From assembly GCF_026571515.1 (NCBI RefSeq), contig NW_026865402.1, forward strand, positions 186,001 through 250,000: a stretch of 64,000 nt of DNA. Direction: 5' to 3'. This document shows, one piece after another, positions 35,907-48,600 of the stretch. The stretch is from Ruditapes philippinarum (taxonomy: Eukaryota). Position 1 is the stretch's first letter. Every line of letters starts with the position of its first letter. Made by a program: the position numbers and the translations under genes. The notes below the pieces were generated by a model that was not told where the DNA came from, did no database searches, and saw nothing but the letters and a program-made list of their open reading frames with translations.

Positions 35907-38900
35907 CTTGATACTCGAGATAATTGTCTAACAATTAAGTTCAAGTACAGTATATGTAATATGTAAGTAAGTGTTTGCACTGCTACACTAACCTGCTTAA
36001 ATACAGCAAGAACCGTTGTTGAAAACTAAGCCCAAGTCGTTACCTGGATGTAAAGAGTTCGTAAATCGAGAAAACCTGTGTTTAAACAATTCCATTGATA
36101 GATAAATCTTGTTTGATCAGGGTTTTGTCGTAAATCCAGCACTCTCGTATACTTGACACTAATGATAACCTATGTGTTTTAACTAGATGTAAGTATCTAT
36201 AATAGAATACTTTACAAACAGGTTATGAATTCCTAAAAAAGAAGGCACGTAATCCCTATGATTCTGTAAGTCAGTAAACACATGCAGGTAAGACCGTGTG
36301 AAAGTTTTTCCGATGCACGTTTCTCGATATATCAGTTCACCTGTGCGGCTCGAAAACAGCAGCAAAATACTCTCACGTGTAATCGTATAGGTACAGACAC
36401 CGAGCTTCGTTAGATCCAATAAAACCGATATTATCTGTCTGTTTCTCATCTAAATATACTTCAACTATTTCTATCCATTTTCTTCTTTCATAAAGAAATT
36501 TGTTTTCTATATTTTCCTTTTTAATTAGAGTTAAACGTTCTTTTGTGGGAATATCGCCTACTTACTTCATAACAAAGTTTGAACTTTTAAATACCAAAAT
36601 GTCACTTTTTATCCATTCTTCTTTTTTGTGTGAACTATTGTGATTATATTTTACAATGATTTTGTATTTCAAACACGTCCTTGATTGTTGTAGATCAGCT
36701 GATGATAAAGCAGACGGACGGTCCGACACGAAAAATGTCAATTTACTCGATTAGAATTCGAGCCTCACGAAATAGAAAATCACAAAAATCACTTACTGAG
36801 TGTTGTTTTACAATCTTTGGCACCCGATGTAATTGCTAATTTCTCATTTACGTGTGTCCTTGAGTAGCTAATATTTTTATTTGACTTAAGTAGTAAAAAT
36901 ACGGTATAATTTGAGTCAAATACTTTCACAATGTAGTGTTATTTCAAGGCATGAATTGTAATATAGAGTTTGTATTACTTTCATGTCAATTTAAACAACG
37001 GTGGGCTAATATTTATTCAAATGATTTAGAGGCAAATGTAAAGATTTAGTTACATACGATATTCCATAAATACTATCAAATAGGAAATTTCATTTACTTT
37101 ATCGAACACATTTTTTTCTTCTAAAATTGATGACCTTTTTACAATTGTATAGATCCCTTGGTATTTCTCTTCAATTTAAAATATCATCAGAATTAATGTC
37201 CTATTTTAACATGCACTGACAAAATAAACCCCACAGTAAATCCATTCATTCCAGAATTAATCTCGTGTCATCGTAAGTCTATCTGTCACGAAAACAAAAT
37301 TTCAAATATCCGTCTTGATGTTACAAAGTTATCAAAATTTGGTGAAAATCTGTCAATATGAAAACCAGACAATGTATATTTCAGGCACTTCCTGTAACAA
37401 TATGGCGGGAACCTGTATCGTGTCTGGGTGGCTTGTGGATAATTGAGACAGAAGGTTCTGTTAATAATTAACGCAAGTCAACTCATTTACTTGTTATTCT
37501 CTCTTTAATTCCACGACGACACCTTCAAAGTGCCGTGCATCTCCACATCACGTGCATTTATAATTCATTGTTTCCAACTGTCTGTCTATTTCCCTTATTT
37601 CTTATGATAAGGAGCTTTAATTTTCACATCTATTACTGTTTTAACTGTTTATTTTATTGTGCAAGTTTGATATAACAGAAAATGTTTAAATAATCGGTAT
37701 AAGTGTAAAGTTTAAAAAATATCTCTGAAACAATATTAGCTATTTAATATTCCATTTAAATCCTGGCAGTCGACAACATCATCAGTATTCTGTTTCATGT
37801 TGAACGCATCAATAACAATGTTTCTTCAATTCTCTAACGAGCATTTCTCGACTTACCATTAGCATTTATATTTCATCAATATTGCGTTTGTCACAGATGT
37901 TCCTTCATTTTTCCCGACGCGGATGAATATTTTTACACGTACGTATATATATCATTCCGCTAAATAAATCAGTACCAGCAATTAGGAACTTACCAGAGCA
38001 GTTCACAAGGATAAAATGTTGCAAAATACAAAATAATCAGACTATAGTTTGTACAGAGGCGATACTGAACCGTTCAATCAAATCGCTATCATTTTATTTC
38101 CAATATATCGATTACCCCACTGTCCTCTGTCTTTTTTTATAACTGAATGAAGACATGTCCCACTATCTTACCAAGTTTATCACTATTTTATGGACATAAA
38201 GGGACATTTAGTTATTTACATAGCATCGTGAAACAATATAACCTCGAACTGACTAAATTGAGCCGTATTAGAACAATTTATTTTATGCTATAAATATATT
38301 TGATTAATACGATGTCCGAATGTCCAGGGGCAGGTCATATTGATCCTGAATAATCTTCTTAATATGGATTTTTGCATCGAAAACATTTCAATTATTCTCA
38401 TTTCAATCATTTAAACATGATATTAGTAGTATTATCTTAATTAGGTTTTGGGTATCTTTAGTCGAATGATGTTTCAGTAATTAAAAAAGAATTGCATCCA
38501 GTTACGGATAATTTGACAATAACGATTACTAGTAAGCCGATCTAGTATCTTTTGACAATAAAGTTCTACCTGGAACTGTTACACATTTTACAACGCATAA
38601 AATTGTATTTGCTAAAGGAAGCGTAAGTATTTTCGTGTAATTTGCCGCTAACAGAGTATTTAATATTGAAAGCATATTTCAAGCTTTCTTTGTACATTGT
38701 AACAGTTTACGTTGCAATTCATTTGGTTGATAGGATTTGACAATGCAATAGAATAAAACGGGTTTTTAGAATGTCACCAAGACTGGCAGTAGCATTGACT
38801 CTCGTTTCTTTTTTCTTTAAAAAAATCAAATAACTTTTCGAAATTAAAACAGTACGTAGTATTGTGTGCTACTTAGTTAGTAATACTTTATTATCTGCCA

Positions 38901-39569
38901 CATTGCAAAACGTGAAACATCACACAGACCAGGGCGACGTATTTTTGTTTATTTATTTTTGAGTATACTTTATTTGAAAACGTCTCTTGTTCTATGAATA
39001 TCTACCGTGGTAGCTTAAAAGTAAATCAAATCCATGGACATTGCATATAAAAAGACGTAACAGACAAATGCGCGTTGCCTATCTGTTAGCCTCTATTGAT
39101 CGTAACTGCAGACTTGTAACATCTAATTGAAGCAGGTGGTCCTAGCGTTTCCTACGCTGATTTCCTAAACTAATTACAGTATCAAGAGACAGTAAAGCCA
39201 TAACGAATATATGATCATCAATAATTTCTCGGTATAATTAACACTGTATTAGTCAAACTGATAAGGTCGATTTCTGATGGACTTCTCAGCTTTGAAGCGA
39301 TCGGAACATTTCTCAAGAAAAGTTTGTAATATATTTGCCTAATTATAATGTTCATTTGTATATTAATGTCGAAGGTCTATCTTGGTCAATTCATATTCTG
39401 TCAAGTGTCATACCCAATAGGGATCCTGTGAAAAGGGTGCTCTATTCGTAGTTGCCGTATAGAGTTCCCTAGGGATCTCTTTGCGAATAGTGCTCCAAAA
39501 TTTGATTAGGTGCTATATTTGGAGTAATCGTTGCATTTTGTCGGTAGAAATCCTCAATTACCTAAGGTA

Positions 39570-40563
39570 CAAGAGCTGTCAGAAGGACAGCGCGCTCGAC
39601 TTTTTTAGTGCTTGCCTATAAAACAAAACTTTGACAGTTAAGGGCACACAAGACTTTAACTAGGAATTTCTAAGTACAAATCAAGAAACATTTTCACAGA
39701 GTTATCTTCTCTTGCTTACAGATAGGTCTCATGATGGCACATAAGAACTCCAACTTCCAAAGTAATATCTCAAATGGTTAAGTCAACAAGTGGACAAGAA
39801 TGAAAATCTTAACTGAGTTTTCTAAGTCAAAAAGGGCCATAATTCAAATAAAATCCTTAACAGAATTACCTTCTCCTGCCCATGTTTTGGGACCATGATG
39901 GTAAACAAGTATTCCAACTTTCAAATTAATATCTCAAACAGTTCAGTCAAAAAGTGGACTGGTACTAAAAACTTAACCAAGATTCTAAGTCGATAAAAGG
40001 CCTTAATTTTTAAAACAAATCCTTGACAGAGTTACCTTCTCTTGCGTACAGATGGGGGTAATGATGTGAAATAGCATTAAAAGTTTCAAAGCAATATCTC
40101 AAAGGGTTAAGGCAATAAGTGGATTTTACCCATATTCAATGTATTTTCTAAGTCAAAAAGGGGCATAATTCTGTCAAAAACCTTGACAGAGTTATGTCCT
40201 CTTGTCTGTTGATGAAGGTCGTGATGGTAAACAAGTATGGTCAGTTTCAAAGCAATACCTCCAATGGTTTTGAAATAAAGTGAGGTGGTACAAAAAACTT
40301 AACCAAGCTCAATACACTTTCTAAGTCAAAAAAGGGCCATAATTCTGTCAAAAACCTTGACAGAGTTATGTACTCTTGTCTGTAGATGGAGGTTATGATG
40401 GTGAACAAGTATGGTAAGTTTCAAAGCCATACTTGTAATACTTCTGAAATAAAGTGGGGTGGTACGAAAAACTTAACCAAGGTGTGACGCCAACGCTAAC
40501 GCCGACGCCGACGCCGGGGCGAGTAGGATAGCTCCCCTTTTCATAGAAAAGTCGAGCTAAAAA
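39570..40563 (+). mobile_element. HINE-like element with ~5 diverged 155-175-bp core repeats
   Basis: Starts ACAAGAGCTGTC..GACAGC; sub-TIR GCTCGACTTTT / AAAAGTCGAGC; repeated TTCTAAGTCAAAAAGGG; (GACGCC)n before the 3' end. Confidence 0.85.
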
Positions 40564-42605
40564 TGCAATATTCGGAAAATATAAACAAACGAATGATGAC
40601 AAGAAATAGTTTGATAAAATGGTAATATTTGTTTAATTATCGTTTGTCTGCCCATTCCTTTGTTTACCTGGCTGTCTGTCTGTCCATCCATCTGTCTCTG
40701 TTGCAAAATTATGCCATTTTGCTGTTACTAATTCTGAGATTTTTTACAATTGTGACAATATGTGTTATTGCTTTTATTCGTTTAATTTATTTATTACTTT
40801 TGGGTCACCATGTTCGAGATAATAAAAGAACCATCTGACAATTGAGAAACATCACACGAGGAATTGTCTCTTTTTATTTTACTTATGCTTCTATCGTCAA
40901 AAACGGATTTCGTTGTCATCATTTATATGATTATAATTAACAAAATTTTGATAACGATATCTCTATTTGACGATGCGCATTCTTTTCGCCGTATAGTACA
41001 CCCAAATTTATGGTGTGCAATTCACAAAGAGCTCCACAATTCGAAGGGATCTCGATAGGGCATGAGATATGCTCGACACATATTTCTACATACTTTAATC
41101 AATAAACTTACATAAACCTTAGCACAATTGAAGTGTTTACGGGTATTATATAGTATACGGTCTGGATATTCGGTCAGTTTTTAAACCATTTTACATCATC
41201 ATCTATACTGATGCCGTTATCTATTTCCTTCTATGCAAATACTCCTGCTTATTATAAAACACATGAAATATAGTTTATGTAAACGTCTATACAGATGTCA
41301 CACATAACCTTAATATAACAATGTTGTTATTAATCTTCATATAACAGATTAACGTATAGCACACTTGGTGGGGTGATATGTTTTCATTATTAAAATACTT
41401 TTACACAATAACCATAGGAGAAACATTATATATTGTACGAGCAAGAAACATACATTGTACAAACGTATATAGAAAATTGGTTTTATTTCCCTGTGGTTGG
41501 TATAGCACTTTTGGTTAGCTTTCAAGACAATAAAGATGTTAAGGTAAAAGTACCGAATGTCCAACTAATACTGGGAGAGATGAACCAATGAACTGTAACT
41601 TGGCAGTAACTTGGACAGCACGATCTACATACCTTCAGCAAGCTTTCTGGATATCATCCTAACTTGAAGTTCAATATAAGAGCAGCATAGGACAAGTGAT
41701 CCGTATTTAAGAAAATAAACATTCCTCAAACAGGTTTTGGAAACACTACCGTATATATCATATTAAGAAATCCCAGCAACACAACTTTAACATGACTATA
41801 GAGCTGTTTATGGGGCTTAATCCGCACTTACTAGACCGCACTTACTAGACCGTAAGCAGAAGACTAAGAAGATTTTAATAACTAAACTTTATTCAACTAT
41901 TTATCACATGGACATTTAATATATCAACAGACAAAAATCTACATGCACCAGAAAGATTGTTAAAAATAATGATGATCAAGTTTACCTATTTAAAATAACT
42001 TTAAAAACAAAGTTCATTCAGATGCTGAGAATGACAAAACTATATTTTATTATTACAAAACATGGATCAAAAGGATGTAAACATCTTCAATACTGAACAC
42101 AATGAAATAATGTACATTTGAGTAACTACATGTAATTATGTATGAATAAAATTGTTCCATGCTTTATAATTTACATTTATAACAGTAATAGAAACTAGAT
42201 GTTGATAAATTATTGAATTATGCTGGAACACTGACAGTCAGAATTTACAAAAAAATAAATATGTCTGCTTTTATGTAATATTTTGCAATACAGTTATTCA
42301 ATAACTTAGTTAACTTGAGAGATATAATGATAATATATACCAAAATTAATAAGTACAAGTTTTCTTTAATATAAAAAGGACGTTACTTACTTGAAACTCT
42401 TAAAATGCAATAAATAACTTCCAAAAACATAAACCCCAAACTTATACCAAAATTAGAAAAGAGAAAGCCAAAACCAATTCATTGAGTCAATCAATAATCA
42501 ATTAAAAATTGGAAGAAATAAAATCATCATGAATTGTTCTTTTAGTCTTTATAAAAGACACCTAAACTCATATTCTTGTGCCAATGATAGGTATAATGAT
42601 AAAAA

Positions 42606-45600
42606 TTATCTACAGAAATGAGCTGGTGTATGATCTGTCTTCTGGCGCTTCCTTTGCTCCATCTGAGAGAAAAACTCACGAATGTCCTCAGCCCGCACCA
42701 CTTTACCATTCTCTGCAAACTTCTTCAGGTAATCACTAAGTGCCGATTTCATGTCATTGAACCCTAGAACAATATTCATATTATATAGTATGCAGACATT
42801 CATAACTTCAAAAAGAAAATCAAATGAAATACATGTACTAAGGAACATAACTATGAAAGAAATGAAAAAGTAAATTAATCAAAAGGGTCTCAATGGCCTT
42901 TTGATTATGAATGCTGACGATGAATCATTTCATGTTCATTACTGTGGGTTCAAAACTTGCTGGGAATGTTAGTTTCATTCAGGTGAGATGAGATATAGAG
43001 GATATTTGTTTGTTTGTGTGTAAGATGAAATTTTATTTCATCGAGTGGGCTTTAAAAACAGTATTCTCACGAGTGGCGTAGCCACAAGTGAGAATACTGT
43101 TTTTAAAGTTCACGAGATGAAATAAAATTACATCTTACACAACAAACAGACAAATTTTCTTTTTATTTTATGCTTAAAAACAAGTTAAAACGAAATTTCC
43201 ATAATTTTAACGTTAATATTAAAATTTGTTTCCCCCATTGAGAGCCCCATTTAGACGGAATTTCACATTAAAAACAAGAAGTCTTGAGCTGAAAAATAAG
43301 TCTGCCAATCAAGGTTAAATGACGGTGATATTTTTTCATTTTATTAAAAAAATATGAATGATCGCTTGTTTTAATAATAAAAACAAACAATTCTTGTAGG
43401 AGAAAAAGTCCAACCATCCATCCATATTTCTGTTACTTACTGCGAATTTATATTAGACCTGGCTTTGTAAAATGTAAGCGGCAGCCATTTTTTAAAGTTG
43501 TGTATTTCATGGGATGAAAATAATTGTGTAAGATTCAGAGGGATATAATTTGGATTTGTTAGTCATACACCTTTTTAAAAGAAAGAAAACTTATTTGAGG
43601 ATTGTAACAGACAAAAAATAAGAGTTGACAGAAGTGAAAACATTCAGAAAAGGAGCTAGGAAAATGGAAAACTTGGAAGCTTAGCGGAACGCTGGGTTGT
43701 TTTACTTATTTTACGAGTGATGGCTGTCAATGCTTTTCAATTTTTTATAAAGCATACGGCAGTTATTGCTCGTAGGATACTTTAATATGCCCAAATGTCA
43801 TCAAGAGCAGTTTTGCATGGGGAAGGAATGTATTTTTCAGACTGTAAAAACGAAACAAAAAAAACAAGAATTTGTAACAGAGTTACCAACGTCCCCCGCC
43901 CCGGGAGTTTTATATGAAGCATTAAATTGTGCTTTTTCAAAAGATTGAGGTATGGATCTCAGGACATTCAGTCCAAACTTATGATCAATGCTAGATCTGC
44001 AAATGTAACAATAAATTTGTTAAAAAAATAAAATGAAACACGGAATTTAAAAATCTATCATGTTAAGCTTTGACCTCTAAGTGTGACCTTGACCTTGGAG
44101 GTAGGGGAGCAGGTGTTGTGCATGACATAACGTCTTATTATTGAGACTATTTGTGCCAAGTATTTTCAAAATCCCTTGAACTATGAAGAAGTTATAGATT
44201 GGACACAAAATATACCCTATAACAGACTTATAATGTACATCTTTGACCTCTAAGTGTGACCTTGACCTTGGAGGTAGGGATGCAGGTGTTGCGCATGACA
44301 CATCCTCTTATTAAAGTGACGATTTGTGCAAAGTATTTTCAAAATCCTTTGATCTATGAAAAAGTTTTAGACCGGACAAAAAATATACCCTGTAACAGAC
44401 TATGTAAGTATTTGACCTCCCAGTGTGACCTTGACCTTGGAGGTAGGTGACCGGTTTTTGGGCATGACACATCATCTGATTATTGTGAACAATTATGGCA
44501 AGTATTTACAAAATCCCTTCATAGATAAGAAAGTTATGGACCGGACACGACATATACCCTCAAAAAGACAATGTTGACCTTGAATGAGCAAGTATGACCT
44601 TGACCCTGAAGGTACCGGTCTGGTTGTTGTGCATGACACATCGTCTTATTATAACAAACATTTGTGCCAAGTTATCTCAAATTCCCTTGATAAATGACAA
44701 AGTTATGGACCGGACACGAAATATACCCTGTAACAGACTATGTTAATATTTGACCTCCAAGTGTGACCTTGACCTTGAAGGTAGGTGACTGGTTTTTGCG
44801 CATGACACATCGTCTGATTATTGTGAACAATTATGGCAAGTATTTACAAAATCCCTTCATAGATAAGAAAGTTATGGACCGGACACGACATATACCCTCA
44901 AATAGACAATGTTAACCTTGAATGAGCAAGTACGACCTTGACCCTGAAGGTAAGGGTCTGGTTGTTGTGCATGACACATCGTCTTATTATAACAAACATT
45001 TGTGCCAAGTTATTTCAAATTCCTTTCATAAATGACAAAGTTATGGACCGGACACGAAATATACCCTGTAACAGACTATGTTAATATTTGACCTCCAAGT
45101 GTGACCTTGACCTTGAAGGTAGGTGACTGGTTTTTGCGCATGACACATCGTCTGATTATTGTGAACAATTATGGCAAGTATTTACAAAATCCCTTCATAG
45201 ATAAGAAAGTTATGGACCGGACACGACATATACCCTCAAATAAACAATGTTGACCTTGAATGAGCAAGTGTGACCTTGACACTGGAGGTAGGGGTCTGGT
45301 TGTTGCGCATGACACATCGTGTTATTATAATAAACATTTGTGCCAAGTTATTTCAAATTCTTTTCATAAATGACAAAGTTATGGACCGGACACGAAAGTG
45401 TGACGGACGGACGGACGTCCGGCCGAAATGGAATAAGGGGCCATTTCTTTTGTTATTTTCTATTGTTTAATAGAGGGCCAATGGCCCCTTACTCTATTGT
45501 TACGGAATGAACTCTATTGTTCTCTTTTGTTCTGTTTACAGTTAGATGGCCCCCTATCCCTATTCGGTAGTGCGGACGGACGGACGGACGGAGCCTATTA

Positions 45601-48600
45601 CTATATCCCCCTTTTTTCTTCGAAAAGGCGGGGGACAATTAGAGACGAAATTTGGTGATTGTAATTTGAATGAATAGAAGTAAGTTTTCTCTCTTTATTA
45701 CTTTTGACATTTAAGTTATTTATCTATTTCAGCTTTGCTATTTCTTTTAACAGCCTGACATTGTCAGAATTGTCAGTAAAAATAAAATTGAGGTACCACA
45801 TGGGGAAAATCTTAAAAAAGTAGTTTCGTCATTGAAAAAAGTGAAATTATATTTTGATAATTTTCACTGTGAAATTATCAAATATAATTTTCACGGATAA
45901 ATCAGTAATCCACTGAAAAGCATAAAATAAAAAATTATCTTCCAAGTTTTCAACCAATTTCTAAAGAGAACTAATATTTACTCTGAAAAGGCTTCATCAT
46001 CACAACTGGTAATTTTTTTGACTGTTGATAATCTTAGTCACTTAAACCACCAATTGACAGTTTCAATTTCAAAGTAGAGCTAAAAAATTACATTAATATA
46101 TTACTAGGACAGGTAATACATACCTTGGACCATTTCTATCTGTTGTACTCTATCCATGCCCTCCAGAACCCTCTTTTCCTGGTCAGCCTCTGACGAAGGA
46201 GATCTTTTATCTTTTCCTCTTTTCTCATATGCTAATACAGAGTCACTCTCATCTACTATAAACTCTATATCTTGATCTTTGTACATTGCCTGTAAATAAT
46301 TATGTCAGTTTTTACAAGCTTTACCTGTAAGATGGTGGGAACAAGTTTCCTTCAAAGTACCATTTTTCTTTGGATCTTTAATTCCAAGCTTAAAGAATGA
46401 TTTCTTAAGAAATCATAATAATAAACTTTGTACACATATCTTTACATAAATTATGAATTACTACTATTGTCTCTAAAGCTATAAGAGCATCCTAAACTAT
46501 GATGTAAGGAAAGAAACAACAACAACATTCATTTGTTACAACTGTTATGATTATATAAATATAGAGAAAGGTATCTTTTTATGTGAAATAAAAACTGCAA
46601 AATATCATTGGACTTGAAGAGCACAGCCATAAGGTTCACTGGAAGTAAATATAAAAGGGGACAAAACTTGCAACATTATGTACTTATGATATTAATTGAT
46701 TCTACAAAAATAAATTTGATCTTTTATTCTACATTTTGTATTTTTATCAAATAATCTTACACCAATATCTTCATTTTGATAAAATAACAACAACAAACAA
46801 AGAAAAACAACATCAAAATTTTACTCTCACCTTACACGCTGTACAGACACATAATTTAGATCTAAATCCTTCTGGCCAGAAAGTTGCTGATTCTTTCACA
46901 GTGACCTCCCTTGCATTCAGATCCTCCAACAAACACTGCTCTGTATCAGAAGCTCCAGTATCACACTGCAAGAAAATCAAATTAACAATCTCAAATTAAA
47001 TTGCTGGGCTAACAAAATCTTATTTTGCCATACTTGTCTGTTATATGTGAAGCATTTTGTTACTTGTCCATATTATATTTTAAATTATAAGTAAATTCTT
47101 GAAAAAAATCATTGTCAATACAGGCTGTGGGACAACCTGGGCAATTATATTCACAATTGATTTTGCTACCCTGCATTATTCCTATTCTACATTATAGCGG
47201 CTTTGATTGTCCTTGAAGCAAAAACTTGCCTGTAACTGTATAGTTTGTTTTCTGATTTGTTTTTGTGAACTAAGATGACTTTTATTTAGTTGCGTTTTCA
47301 GTCCCATCTACATGTCTTATGGCAACTTAATTTATGTTTAGTATGACATTAATCAGCAAGCAAATAAATAATAGTGAGTGTTCTTGGAACCTGTGCTATT
47401 ACTAGTGTATGTAACTGCAAGCTTCTCTGCACAACAAGACCAGAGGAAAAATGATATTGAAAATTTGTCAACCATATTATATTGTCAGAGAAAATATGCA
47501 TATTCACCCATGATTCAAATTATGAAATCAAAGGCCCATTGGCACAACTGTCTAGCTACTTAGCTAACAAATATGCTACAGATACCTGATTAATATATCT
47601 ATATAGAACATATGTCAAGAATAACCAAAGAGCAAGTTGTAAAGAATTACATAAACTAGAATAAAAAAAATCTGCAACTACAGTACCTTACTATCACAGT
47701 TATCTGGCTTGGTATCAACACATTCTTTATCTTTAACCTCTGAACTACCATTCACAGAGCTATCACTGTTTTCAGACTTTACTGCTGTATCAACAGACAC
47801 ATCGCTGTTGCTTGTATCTACTGTAACCTCACTGGTACTGCTGTCTGACTTCAGTGCCTGTATTTCTGATGATAAAAATGTCTGATTTTATACAAATTGG
47901 CATAAAATTATTTTTGAATACATTGTAGCTATTAAACATAATTTACCATTCAATTCCATGTTGACATTGGAGTGAAAACTAAGGGTAGTGTCCTAAACCT
48001 ATATGGATATAAAGACCAGAAGGGACATCTTCATGTATCCCCCACCCACCCTTAAAGTTTTCTCAACGGTTTTACAGATAAACAGGGACTACAAAATGGT
48101 CATTGGGACATAAAAATCATGGAATTCTGCAGATAATTGGCAGCTATGCATATAGACACGCTCTCGAATATGTTCATGGAACCAACCAGTACTAAGCAAT
48201 GAGTGTAGTTTCTTGCTTAAGGAAACAATTGATTGTCCCATGAGGTTAGTGATTATAACATTACTAGTCAAATGTAACCACTCGGCCATGCTGCCACAAT
48301 ATTTTAGTGTGCCCTGTCAAGCACAGGACATACAAACTTATACATGTACAAGTTATAGCATCTTTGGTATTACTTATTTTGAACTCTAGTTTCATAGAGA
48401 AGCTTACAACTACCTTATTGTGGTAGTACAACAGTAATGCAACAAATTCTTAAAGAATATCAAAGTCTTTTACATATCTTAATCATAAAACATTAATTTA
48501 AAAGAACATAATTGTTCATTTTTATAAGGAAGGATATATGAATTTAAGGGTTTTAGATGATTTCAGTTACACCAATTAAATTATCAAGAAAATATTTAAC

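Larger units (their letters stand above)
42994..45931 (+). mobile_element. Palindromic non-autonomous element (Crypton-like, tentative) hosting a HINE
   Basis: ATAGAGGATATTTG start; ~150-nt hairpin 43004-43155; internal TTTATTTTATGC is complementary to the terminal GCATAAAATAAA. Confidence 0.65.

Noticed and set aside
41822-41851. 14-bp tandem duplication CCGCACTTACTAGA near the UBR7 3' end
   Set aside because: A simple local duplication with no further structure.
44077-45470. Short ORFs (MTLTLEVG...) and similar ORFs at 120-305, 4093-4346 and 40393-40602
   Set aside because: Chance frames within HINE core repeats and microsatellites.
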